Below, piece after piece: positions 1 to 11,694 of a stretch of 64,000 nt of DNA. This DNA is from Vicugna vicugna (lineage: Eukaryota), in assembly GCA_013265495.1 (NCBI GenBank), contig MU058444.1:62001-126000 (forward strand), in the 5' to 3' direction. Each line of letters opens with the position of its first letter. The first letter of the stretch is position 1. The translations under genes and the position numbers were made by a program. Under the pieces are notes generated by a model, which was not told the DNA's origin, did not search any database, and worked only from the letters and a program-made list of their open reading frames with translations.

Positions 1-2542
1 AGCCCTGTGCACCCTGATCCTGGTGGGTAACCCGAATGGGGCACTCACATCTCAGATCCTTACGAGCTTCCAGGAAAGGGGTCGTGGAGGCTCTCACCTT
101 AAAGCTTTGTTTTAACTCTGTTAAATCAGCATCCAGTTCAAAAACAGAGGAGTTAACTGAATCCAAAGGACTGAAAAAGGACCTGGGGGATGGGAGACAA
201 GACAGTGTGTTTGTGTGAACATTTACGTAATTAGGAACATCTGATCTGGGGGTTCTTTGCAATCTTGTTGTGGAAACAAGTTTAATTACTAAATCTTGAA
301 CATCTCAGAACACAGAAAGCTCTCCAAACAGCATCCCAGAGAACTGCAGCCCATATGAACTCTCCAAAAACACACCAACCTGTACACCTGAGTTTCCCAG
401 GTACCTATAAAAGATGTGCTCTTTTGGCGAGAAGCCTGAGGCTTATTTATGTTTCCCTACCTTTCTAAACAATGTTTGAGAACCCCAGCCTCTAAGTGGA
501 GATTCAGGGTCAGCATTCTAAAATACTCAACGGGTTACCATCAGTTTCAATACACAATGGAGTTAAGTTGTATTTCCGTGGCTACTAACTTAAGTGACCC
601 AAATGCATACACTTTCCCAGTTCAATTCTTTTTCTTTCTGAAAATCACAAGATTTCAAGGACCCTACAAGCTGTGAAAACATTCATGGGCTCTGTGCCAT
701 TTATTTTGGCCAGTAACCCATTTTCGCTCCTTTCCCAAGTTCTTAATTCGTCACAGATAGGTTGCTGCCAAAGCCTTGGGTCCCTGCCTAACTGGCCAAC
801 CCCATGGCTTCCTTTCCATCCCCATCCTTGCACACCTCTCGAAAGCCTGCCGTCCTTGGTGCCCCCACAGCAGGCCCACTGCCCCACTGTTCCTTCTCAG
901 CTTCTCACACTGCATCCCTGCCCTCAGTTCCTCACTGGCTTATCTTGCTCTCCACCTTGGTTTTAGGCCTGGGGCTGCCCAGCCACACACACAGTCTCAG
1001 GTGTCGCTCCGGCTCCTCTCCTGTCTCCAGGCATCTCTACTGGATGAGCAGAGGGTTCCGAACCTGAACCTTGAAAGCAGTTCCCCAAGAACTATCCCAG
1101 CAGGGACCCTTAGTCACTTGGTCATCAGAGTTAGGAACCTGGGAGAGATGCCACCACTCACATGCAGGTCCCTCAGACGCCTCCTCCAGAGTATCTCTAA
1201 CACTCACAAAGCTTTATCTCTAGAACCCCAGGTTAACTCTCTTCTGTCTCCCAGGAAGGACATGACCTCTGCAGTGTGAGCTCCCTGTCCCTAGCTACCC
1301 CTCCCAACCCATTTTTCACACTACCACCAATGGGATCCAGGATCAGTCTCCCTGTACCATTCCTGGACTCAAGGCTCCTGCCGTGGCCCAGGACCAAGGA
1401 CAGCCTCAGCCTCCAGCCACTCCCTGTGCCCTGCTCTGGTCCCACACCACAGCGGTAACCCTCAACTACAGGCATCTTCACAGTCACACATCTGTACATC
1501 CCTTCCCTTGCCTTCTCCATCTCCCTCAGAGGTCCTTCCAGAAGGCCCCCTCCCCCATCTATACGGCTCCCAGGATCTCCAGGTCTGGAGCAAACTCCTC
1601 TCCTCCCTCCTGCCCGCCGCCACTGCCTGGCACTGGGGTTCTTCAAGGGCAGAGAGCTTCTCCCTTTTCTTGGTTTTTCTCTTCAACCCCACGACCTGCC
1701 TTGATAAGGGACTGCACAGGAAGGTCTTGATAAACGGGAATCTCTCAGTGAGTACTTAAAAGTCATCTATTGTGGAAATAAAGCTTTTAGTGTTTGGCCA
1801 CCTGTAAGTGAAGCTCAAGTCTCAGCTTTTCTGAAGGAAACATTCTATACCACCTGGCTTTTCTACAGAGAAGCTGTGAGGCTCAAACAGGTTTATTCAG
1901 GAGTTCAAGAAAATGTTTCTAAAAATCTAATATCTATGGGTTTGTAATTAGATTCCTTTTTCAGTAGCCAGTAAAATACGTTCTCTTTGAAAAATGCTAA
2001 AACTCAAAAGGCGACAGGATAAGGAAATGGAGTCTACCTTTTCTTGTACACATTTCCTGATTTTCACAAGTTGTGTGGAGTGTAAAGCATTCTGAAACAG
2101 TTAAACTGTTAACAGATACAATTAGGAACGTCATCTATATATGGAAGCACATAATTGAAAACCAAATGATAGAATATTTTCTGATTAGGCTTACAGATGA
2201 GACTGTGGTCTAAAGAATTTACGTTCTGTATCTAAGATTGCACAACTATTTCAGGGAAAACTTGGGGCCGCATGCCCATCTTCAAATTAGTCCATTCATA
2301 AAATGTATGCAGACTTTTAAAATAACTCTGTTTTCACCAAACACCCAGTCATAAGATGGTTACAGTGATACTCAGTGATGAAAATTATAGTGTAAAGACA
2401 AAGAAAATCCTGACTTGGCTAAAAATTTGGCTAAATCTTACTTGCTGGAGGTACCTTATAACCACAAGGGTAGCCAGACTTTGGACAAAGTTTATAGACA
2501 AAGGAGAGCAGAGGTGGAAGAATAATAGAAAACAATAGATCC

Positions 2543-5197
2543 ACTTCTGATCAAGATGGAGTAACAGTGGTCAGCTTTACCTTTCTACTGGAAACAAGTG
2601 AAAGAGAGAAAAAAATATGTGAAAGAATTTTCCAGACGCTGTGCCCACCCCCATCCCCCCCAACCCCACCAAGACACTGAACATCACATAACAAAGGGCA
2701 GAGAGCCCTGTGATACGGGGGCAAACGTCTACCTAGGTCAGCCCCACAACTGCCCCAGCTGCCTGCCTGGAGACAGGCACCAGGTCACGGGCAGGGAGGC
2801 GAAGCGGAGCCCCCAGGACTCCCTGAATTGAAGACACGGAGCTGAAGGTCTGAGGAAACCAAGTCAATGGGAGTTCACAGGACCAAGTACCAACGAGAAG
2901 AGAGCTGCACAGACAACCATGGGGACCTGCAGAGGCTCCCCGGGAAGGATTCGGCAGTGCATCGACCCACGCGTGTGAGGCAAGGGCCCAACGCTGGGAC
3001 AAGGTGTGCTCCCACTGACCAGAACGGAGGGACTCCTAGTTCGGCGGCACTGGGGAAATACTCCTGAAGGTCTTGCCTCAGAAGGGAGTAATTTGCCCAA
3101 AACTGAGACTTCTTGGATCTGCCAAATAAATTGCAAAAGCAAGACCTAAAAGGATCAAACTATTTCCAAATAACTACAATCCAGAACAAAGCTTAAGAAC
3201 AGTTTCAGGAACATACAGTATCAAGTGCCCAGCGAGATAAATTCATAATGTCTGGCACCCAATCAGATTACCAGGCTTGCAAAGAAGCAGAGGAATATAC
3301 TCAAATGAAGAGGAAAAAACTCAATTAAGCCTGACCTTAAATAGCAAAGATGACAGAATTAGCAAAGATATTAAAACAAAGAAAGAAAATACAAGAATTT
3401 TATAGGGAATTTTGTATTCCCTATGTTCAAAAACTGAGTTTAGTAAGGATGCAGGATACAAGATAAATATACAAAATCAATTTTAATATACTAGCAATGA
3501 ACAATCAGAAATTGTCACTTAAAGAGTAAATACCACTTAAAACAAAATTAAAAAATTACAACACTCAGTGATAAACCTGACAAAAGACATGAATGACTCA
3601 GCCACTGAAAACTACAAAACACTGATGAGAGAAATTAAATGCAAGTGGACAGAGGTGCTTATTCATGGGTTGGGAGCATCTCCCCAAAACTGACCCATAG
3701 GTTCAATGCAATCCCAGCAGGGTTTATTTTGTTTGTTTTTGGTAGAAACTGCCAAGCTGTTCTGTGATTCATGTGGAAATTCAAAGGACCTAAAAGAGTC
3801 AAAATGAGTTGAAAAGAGCAAAGTTGGGAGGGCTGACACCACCTGATCTCACGGCTTATTATAAACCACAGCAGTAAGCAGTAAGAAGAGCGTGGTACAG
3901 GCATAAAGGCAAAGAGACCAATGGAACAGTACAGAGCCCAGAAATGAAACCACACACACACAGACAACTGATATTAGATAAAAGTGCAAAGGCAGTGGAG
4001 AAAGGAGTCTTTTCAGCAAAGGGTGCCGGGGTGCTGTGCAAAAGCAACCAAAACCAAAAAACCTTACATCATTGACAAAAATTAACTCAAAATGGATCAT
4101 AGACCTAAATGTAAAACCTAAGACTATAAAACTTCTAGAAGAAAATACAGGAGAAAATCTTTGTAACCTCAGATTAAGGAAAGATTTCTTAAGATACCAG
4201 ACCAAAAGCATGATCCATTTAAAAAAAAAAAGGAGGGGGGGCAAACTGAATTTCATCAAAATGAACAATTTCTGTTCTTCAAAAGAGTTGAGACAGTTCA
4301 AATTTCAAAAGAGGTGAAACAGAAAACAGACTGGGAGCATATATGTGCAAAGCATGTACCTGGTAAGACTTATGTCCAGAACACAAAGAACTCTCAAAAC
4401 TCAATAAGAAAACAACTCAAACAAATTATTTTACCATAACATCACAAAAAAGATATATGCATGGCAAATTAGCACATGAAAAGAAACTCAACCTCAGTGG
4501 TCTTTAGGGGAAGTGCCAATTAAAAATACAATGAAATACCACCACACACCAATTAGAATGGCTAAAATTAAAGAGACTGACTAACATCAAGTGCTGGCAA
4601 GGCTGTGGATGAACCAGAACTAAACGGTGAGAATGCAGAATGGTACGATCACTTTGGAGAAGTCTGGTAGTCTCCTTGAAGAGTCACAGCACAACACTCC
4701 CAGAATCAAGATAGATGAAACCCTAAGTCCACAGAGAGACATACTTTTCATAGTTTTGTCTGTAATAGCTAAAAATTGGATACAATTCAAATAGTGAATG
4801 AACAAACCATAGTGAGATACATGCAATGGGATACAACTCAGTAATTAAAAGGAATGAGCCACTGATACATGCAATAACCTGAAGGGGGTCTCAAATTACA
4901 TGTGCAGAGTTTAAAGAGCCAGACCAAAAAAGTACAAGCTGCAAGATTTCCTCAATATAGGAAATGCAAACTAAGCTGTAGAGACAGAAAGCAGATGGGT
5001 GGTCGCCGGCGGAAGTGGGGAGGGAAGGGGAAATTACCAAGAGGCACAAGGATATTTTCGGAGATGATGAATGTACTCATTATTCTGATCGTGGTCACTG
5101 TTTCACAGATGTATCCATATATCAAAACTTATCAAACTGTACATTTTTAAATATGTGCAGTTTATTGTATGCCAATTGTATCTAAATAAAGCTGTGA
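2543..5197 (+). mobile_element. Old degenerate LINE-1 (L1M-type): 5' region, ORF2 fragments and 3' UTR, antisense to GCLC
   Basis: ORF2-like peptide ...TKINSKWIIDLNVKPKTIKLLEENTGENL (ORF 4036-4317). Typical 3' terminus ending AATAAAGCTG near 5190. Many stops and frameshifts. Confidence 0.85.
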
Positions 5198-6241
5198 AAA
5201 TACACCCAAGTTGGTTAAATGACTAGTGTATAAACAGAATATTAATTAGCAACCTCATTAGGAGACGGTCCACTCATTAATGCCAGCAACCTCAGTAATG
5301 GCCCACATATATAGTTTTCTACCTTTAACAAGACACTCAGATGCCCTGAGTATCTAAAAACGTCTAGAAATAAATTCTATGTTAGAGGCTGAATTAGTAT
5401 TCTGACATCTTTTCTCAGGATACAGGGTCTTACACTGAACTTTTACCTAGGTTTCTCTTTCAAAATCAAGCTACACACAGATTCTAGAGTAAGTACATTT
5501 GCTAATTCCAAATCAGCAATTAATTCTTCACAGAGGAATTCAACAGTGATACAGTGGGGTCAGAATAACTCGTTCAGAAGTCCAGAAACGTCTTCGAGGG
5601 GAGCCAGGTGCACACAAGTAATAAACCTTTTCCTTCCACTGGATTTTCCTCATGTCTTTATTTAAAGTACAGCAAAACCTCTACTAACCCAAAGGCCTCC
5701 ACAAGCGAATCCTACCCGCTCACTGCACTTACAGCCCCCAAGTGCACAGAACCCGCACCTACCAGTGCTCTCTCTCACCTTTCTGCCTTTATCACTCTGT
5801 TCACCTCCCTTCTCTTCATCAGAATAATGGCCTGGAATTCTTCAGGGCGGCTTCCCAAAGACAGTGCCCCAAGCGATCAGAATCACCTGAAGTGCCATGT
5901 CCTCTTACATGTCTACAAAGGGCACAAGGAAACTTCTAGAGGTGATGGAAGCATTAGACACACACAAATGTTTTCTATGTTCTATTTTGACTGTAGTGGC
6001 AGATACCTGGTTGTAGAGACTTGTTAGAAGTCACTGTGCTGTATGTTTAAAATGAGTATTACTATAAAATATGTAAATTATAAATCAATGGGATTGGTTT
6101 AAAAAGAAGGCTGACATAAAACTATATAGCACAAAATGAACAGAAAAAAAAAAAAACACCCAAACTGAGATGTACGCCAGAAGCAGTAGTCAAGCTCACA
6201 TTTAAGCCAAGCTTAAATTTTTAGCCTAAATTCCTAACACA

Positions 6242-6409
6242 CAGTTGACCCTTGAATAATGAGAGGGTTAGGGATGGCAAGTCTCCTCACAGCAAAACAT
6301 CTGCACATCAACTTTATGTTCTGGCTCATGCAGTATGTGTTTACTGAAAAAAAATCCACATATAAGTGGACCAGTGCAGTTCAAACCCATCCTATTTACA
6401 GGTCAATTA
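6242..6409 (+). mobile_element. Tigger2/MER8-type non-autonomous DNA transposon
   Basis: Left TIR CAGTTGACCCTTGAA, degenerate right TIR, internal AAGTGGACC...GCAGTTCAAACCC motif. Confidence 0.75.
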
Positions 6410-6959
6410 TACATAAAGCACGAGTTACCAGGTTCCCTAACCTTCAAAAATGAACCTCTTGGTTTAAAAAGGTAATTTTTTGGGGGGAGGGTGAAATCAA
6501 CAGAAGATTCCAACCATGTTTCACTTTTTCGTGGTTGTCACCCCTGTGCTTTAGGCATGTCAATAAATGCTGTTAAACTGACATCCACAGTGACAACAAG
6601 AGAGAGATCCAACACCTGTGTGTCACATGCCACGATGAGCTACGTAGGAAATCTGAATCCTCATGACTTGCAGAGTAATCTGTGCTCAATACCTTATTCT
6701 AAGAAATCAGCATCAAATAATGCATTTTAGAAACACAGTTTAGATTTTGAAATGCAGTTTAGAAATACCATAAAAATTACCTAGCTAATGGAATATCATT
6801 GTATCTGAATGGGCAAATCTCAGTTAAAAACCCACTAAGATGGAATGCCTTATTCCCCAATGACCACGGCTATTTAAATGAGATGTTTTAAATGAGATAT
6901 ACTGGGTATTTTAAAATTTCCAAGCAAAGATCTTAAGCTACCATTTGTGAGTCTTACTT

Positions 6960-7140
6960 AAAAGACTAGGCACTTACTTGTAAGCCATTTTACCAACATT
7001 ATCTCACTCTTAATAACTCTATAAGGAAGGTATTACTGTGCCCAATCTACAGATGGCAAAACTGAGGTTAAGAGAGATTACACAATTTGTCTGAAGCTAT
7101 ATGGAACCTTCAATTGGACTCAGACAACTGTGCTTTTGTC
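6960..7140 (-). mobile_element. MIR SINE fragment
   Basis: MIR core-like TACAGATGGCAAAACTGAGGTTAAGAGAG. Similar relics near 14660-14830, 19880-20090, 25240-25460, 28610-28720, 36740-36830 and 52670-52830. Confidence 0.65.
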
Positions 7141-8914
7141 CAGTCTAGATTTATTGTTTGGGATGTCATTCTTGTTAAAAGATTATAAGCTTATTTATCA
7201 ACAAGCCATGCATTCTCAAAATAGTTACTTAACCTACATTCTTACATTCTTAACCTACACAGGTAATGCGTAGTTCAAACAATGAAGGCTATACCAGCCC
7301 TTTAAAAATTCCATCTCAGTTTTATTGGTTTTATGTACGATAAGAACACATTCACAAATATTAAAGTATTCTATTTTCCTCTCAAAGTTCACATGGACTT
7401 ATCTGCTAATTGGACAACTGACCCTCTGTCTTTGAAAGCCACGATATACTGGGTTAAAAAATTAGAAAAAAATTGTTTCCTTTAAAATGTTTTCCGACAC
7501 TCATGTAACTTGGAGAGTTTGAACTCTGTAAAAGGAGATTTGATGAAATCTCATACACTGTAAATAATCCAAAACCTGGTGTAATGTGTTTCAGAAACGG
7601 ACTTGGAGTCAGACAGCTTTCAATTCTGATAATGACTCTGCCACTAAGTAACCAAAAAGGCTGGCAGGTAGCTGACATTAGAGGCATTACTGGGAAGAGT
7701 CGTTATTTACTGCCACATTTGCAGCGTTTATAAACTTTCTGGTCGTGTCTTTTGATGTGCATGCTCCAAGTTAGAAACAAAATCTGTCCCTGAAAAGTTG
7801 TGTGAGCTGTGCTTACTTTTCTTGCATAAAAGAAGGTTTAGCAGGTGGCGGAGTCCCCAGGAACACCCACCTCCCCTCCCCCTCCAGCCCCCATCCTGGG
7901 GCCACTCCAAGGGTCTTCCTGGTACCTGGGAGTTAGAGCTCGGATCTCCCACAGAAACAGCCTGATCAGTGGTGGCCAGGGTTGGGACCAGCCACACTAT
8001 GGGTGGAAAACGCATCTGTAAGCGGATCTGGAATCCGCTTCCTAAAGGTTCTCACAGGAAAGCACTTCTGAGCTCCCTGAAGCCAGCATACACACACTTC
8101 TGTAACACAACCGTTTTTCTCACGGTGATTGCTGGCAGCCTTCTCTTGACTCGGCAGTCTAAAGATTATCTGTCCCCAGGTGAGTTTCAAAGAGGAACCA
8201 CCCTCTCATTTTCCAAAGGAGAAAACTGAGGCTCACCGCCACTAGGCAGTTTGGCAGACCCTGGAATATAACACAAGTGCAACGCCAAATCCAAGGTTCT
8301 CCCTGGTAAGTAAGTTACCACCTGGGATAAATACTGTCCTTGTGACCAGCGCGGAGCTAAGGCGGCAGATCTCCTTCCAACCAGATCTACAACCACGCCT
8401 TTAGGCTCCTTTTTGCTTTTTCAATCCAAGTCCATGGTCCTAGAAACCCAACACCAAAACTTTCCACAAAGAGCGGTTTTGGCATCATGCTGACACAGCC
8501 CAATGTATCACATCCCAAACATCCCTCTGTACAGCGGGGCGTCCTTCATCTCGGGACTGCACCCCGCGCCACACCCTTCTCCACTTTTTATCCGCCCAGC
8601 CCGTTTCCCTCGGCCTCTGCACACAATCAAGCTAACTTCTGTCTGCTCCTCTGATCAAGGACGCCGCCACCATAAACGTGAAGCTCTGACTTTTAAACTC
8701 CTTTAACTGCAAACATAGTAAGAAATAACTTACAAGCACCCAATAAACCAACCCCCAATACCCCCAAATAACTCAAAACTATGGCATAATAGTCTCACTA
8801 CGTATGATAAACTGATACTCTTCATTCGTCCTACCCCACTTTTAAAGTCTTGGAGAGAAAAATATCTACCAGGAGAGGACAGACCATAAAATACACACAA
8901 TACACAAATGAATA

Positions 8915-9129
8915 CATAGCCCTCCCTTGCTATCTGTGACAGACTGGTTCCAGGGCCCGCCAGAGACACCAGAATCCACAGATGCTCAAGTCCCATAGGT
9001 GGCCTTCCTTTTGGTATCTGTGGATTCAACCAACCTCAGGTTGGGTAGTACTGTATTTAGTATCGAGAAAAAATTGGTATAAGTAAACTCGAGTAGTTCA
9101 GACCCTCTTGTCTTCTCAGGGGTCAACTG
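8915..9129 (+). mobile_element. Tigger (MER2/Tigger2-like) non-autonomous element
   Basis: GGTTCCAGG...AATCCACAGATGCTCAAGTCCC start. Ends in TIR GGGTCAACTG followed by TA. Confidence 0.7.
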
Positions 9130-9488
9130 TATAATATGTCAGGTGTTGTAAAGACACAATGAACTTTAGCCATCTAAAATCTACACAGTTTACTTCTCAA
9201 CCCACCAACAGATCATGACCTGCAGTTCAACAAATAATGCTCCACAGCAAGAGTGATTACCTTTACAGGATGCTGGAGGAACAGAAGCAACAGCAAACAC
9301 TTAGGTGCGAGACCCACACCCTCCCTCTCATCACACCTCCTCTCTGCCCAGAGATGGAGCGATACCAAGCTGGAGAATTAGTACCTGCACGCCACAGGTC
9401 AAGGACAGGAGAGAGAACCCACCTGGGGTAGGGGTGGGGAGGACCACGATTTCACTGAAATATCAGCCCAGGATTAAGAAAGAGCAGG

Positions 9489-9542
9489 GTGTGTGTGTGT
9501 GTGGGTGTGGGAGTGGGTGTGTGTGTGTGTGTGTGTGTGTGT
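9489..9542. repeat. Interrupted (GT)n microsatellite
   Basis: Seen directly; pure run of 13 units at 9517-9542. Confidence 0.95.
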
Positions 9543-11033
9543 TTTTGTTTTGCCTTAACCACCTGGGCAGTCTTCACAGTCTCAATTCTTCCTCTTGGGT
9601 CAGGCTGCCTATTTCCAAGAGGACTGTCAATACCTGCAAGCAGGAATTTTATTCTTTCTGAAAATCCTACACTCTACCCAGACATGACTGAAGCTAAATG
9701 TAAAATAATAATAAACGAGCAGCAGGTTACTTTTTAAATCTAAGATAAACTTCTCTACATGGGTTCTATTAAACAGTAAACTCCCCATTCCAAAGACCCT
9801 GGCTTGTTAGTGGAAAAAAAGGGAGTTGTGGGAGAGGGAAAAAAAAACCTAGAAGGAATAGAAAATAGATCATGAAATAACACATATACGCAAATGAATA
9901 TATAAAATGTCAGATGCTGTAAAAAAAAATGAGCTTTAGACTAAAAACAACGATATACAAAATACATACTGTACCCCTTTTTCTGTCCAATAAAGTACAG
10001 CAAACTAGTTAAAATGTGAATTACTAGTCATTATACTTTTCTAGCTTAAAAACAGCACAATTCCTTCAACTGTAAGACGCAGAATCATTTTCCAATCCCA
10101 GAAAAACTTTTTGCAAGGAGGTTCAGCACTGGTGTAACAGCACTGACTAGAAGATAAATTATTGACACCCAGGCAAGCCATGGACGGCAAACAGTAAAAA
10201 GTATAGATAAGCTTTTTGAGAAGTCATTTAATTATCTGAACTGTATATACGTGTGGTTTTTAGAAACAGGAAGGGAAGGAACAAAAAGCTTTGACAGAAA
10301 AGGCTTGAAATCAAATAAGAGGCAAGGCTTTTCAGATCATTCTAATAAACAATGGGTCAACATATTGAGAATTTAGAGACCCTTCACCTAGAAGCTGCAT
10401 ACATGTTGAAGCACGGATTCGTAAAGTCTATATGCTAGATCTAGGCCATGGAAAGGCACAAACAAATCCAAATTTTAAAGGTGTGAGAGTTCCCATTTAG
10501 AATTAAGGAGGACCAGGAAAGTTCTCCTTTAGGAAAACCGAGCCATAATTAGCTTCAATTTATACTTATAAAGTGAGGCGGTGGGGTGTGATGAGAAGGA
10601 GAAGTTAGAGGTTTAAAAGATGCCTGGATGAGGTAGGGAGGAAGCGAAATCCTGAAACCTGATTCCTAACAACACCAGCCTTCTAGGACAACTCAGCCCC
10701 TTTCATATTAATCGCAAAGCACACACAGAGACGGCACGAGGGCTGATAGGCGGCCGGCACACACCCCAGCCTGAAAGCTCCAAGCACCCTGTGTCACACT
10801 TTTCCACACGCTCACATCCTCCCAGAGCCTACTCCGCCTTTGCTGAATGGGTTGGAAACCCTGGATGAATGAATGGGGGAGCGAGGTCCGGCCAGAAGGC
10901 TGGGAGCAGGGTCCCACGCCCAGACAGCCCCGGGCAGCGCCGGACGCTCGGGGGCGCGGTGGGGACCCCCGGGGGCCAGGGCCCGGCCTCCCCGAACAAA
11001 GGCGGCGCGGGGCGGCGGGGCCGGGGCGCTCAC

Positions 11034-11183
11034 CTCGTCGCCCCACTTGAGCACGTCCTTGTGCCGGTCCTTGACGGCGTGGTAGATGTGCAAGAACTGG
11101 AGGATCCCGTGCCGCCGCACGTGGTCGGCGTGGCGCTGGGTCTCCTCCCAGCTCAGCGGTGAGCCTTGGGACAGCAGCCCCAT
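11034..11183 (-). CDS. GCLC: Glutamate-cysteine ligase catalytic subunit, coding part of exon 1 (aa 1-50); gene continues leftward out of the window
   Basis: Translates to MGLLSQGSPLSWEETQRHADHVRRHGILQFLHIYHAVKDRHKDVLKWGDE, the recognisable mammalian GCLC N-terminus. Strong Kozak context GCGGCCATGG. Phase-0 donor GAG|GTGAGC at 11034/11033. Confidence 0.98.
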
Positions 11184-11664
11184 GGCCGCCCCCTCTCCTC
11201 GTCCTCGGGGCCGGCGGCGGCCGCTCGGGGCTCCGGGCGTGGGGCGCGGGGCCGGACACTCAGCGGCCCGCAGAAAGCGGCCGCGGCGGCGGCTCGGCCC
11301 TGGGGGGGCGCCCTCGGGCCGCAGCTAGCGGAGGTAGGGTTCGGTCCGCTCCGGCTCCCCGGCGCGGGGTCCTCGCCGCCCAGGTGACCGACCCGGGGGT
11401 CGGCGCACCGCGCGGACAGAGGCGGCGGGAAGGAGGGCAGGCTGGGCGGCCCTCTGCCCGAAGGCTTGGCCCCTCGCCCGCTCCGGCTGCCGCCCCGCTC
11501 CTGCTCCGAGGCGGCGGCGGCGGCGGCGGCGGCCCCCACAGCCGCGGCACGGCAGCGGCTCCCACTCCTCTTTGCCGGTGTCGTGCACTAGCTTCTTCCT
11601 ACTTGTGACCAAAACCTGCGCCGCCGCCGAGCATGCCCAGTCACCTCACCTCGCTCACCGCTCC
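11184..11664 (-). other. GCLC: GCLC exon 1 5' UTR (~480 nt, very GC-rich); TSS inferred at ~11662-11664
   Basis: Lies between the ATG and a point ~30 nt downstream of the TATA box. The TSS is inferred, not observed. Confidence 0.7.
11510..11533 (-). repeat. (GCC)8 trinucleotide repeat in the GCLC 5' UTR
   Basis: Plus-strand (GGC)8, uninterrupted. Confidence 0.9.
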
Positions 11665-11687
11665 GGGACAAGATCCGCCGCTCCGGA

Positions 11688-11694
11688 TTTTATA
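11688..11694 (-). promoter_or_regulatory. TATA box (TATAAAA) of GCLC, with adjacent GC boxes (GGGCGGGGGC 11701-11710)
   Basis: Plus-strand TTTTATA reads TATAAAA on minus. It is the only such AT run in this part of the island and is oriented toward exon 1. Confidence 0.8.

Larger units (their letters stand above)
1..11033 (-). other. GCLC: GCLC intron 1 (partial)
   Basis: Begins at the GTGAGC donor. No exon-2 sequence (VEYML...) seen before position 1. Repeat-rich. Confidence 0.85.

Noticed and set aside
10812..11033. C-terminal 73 aa of the 123-aa ORF 10812-11183
   Set aside because: Read-through into intron 1 past the canonical donor; not GCLC-like.
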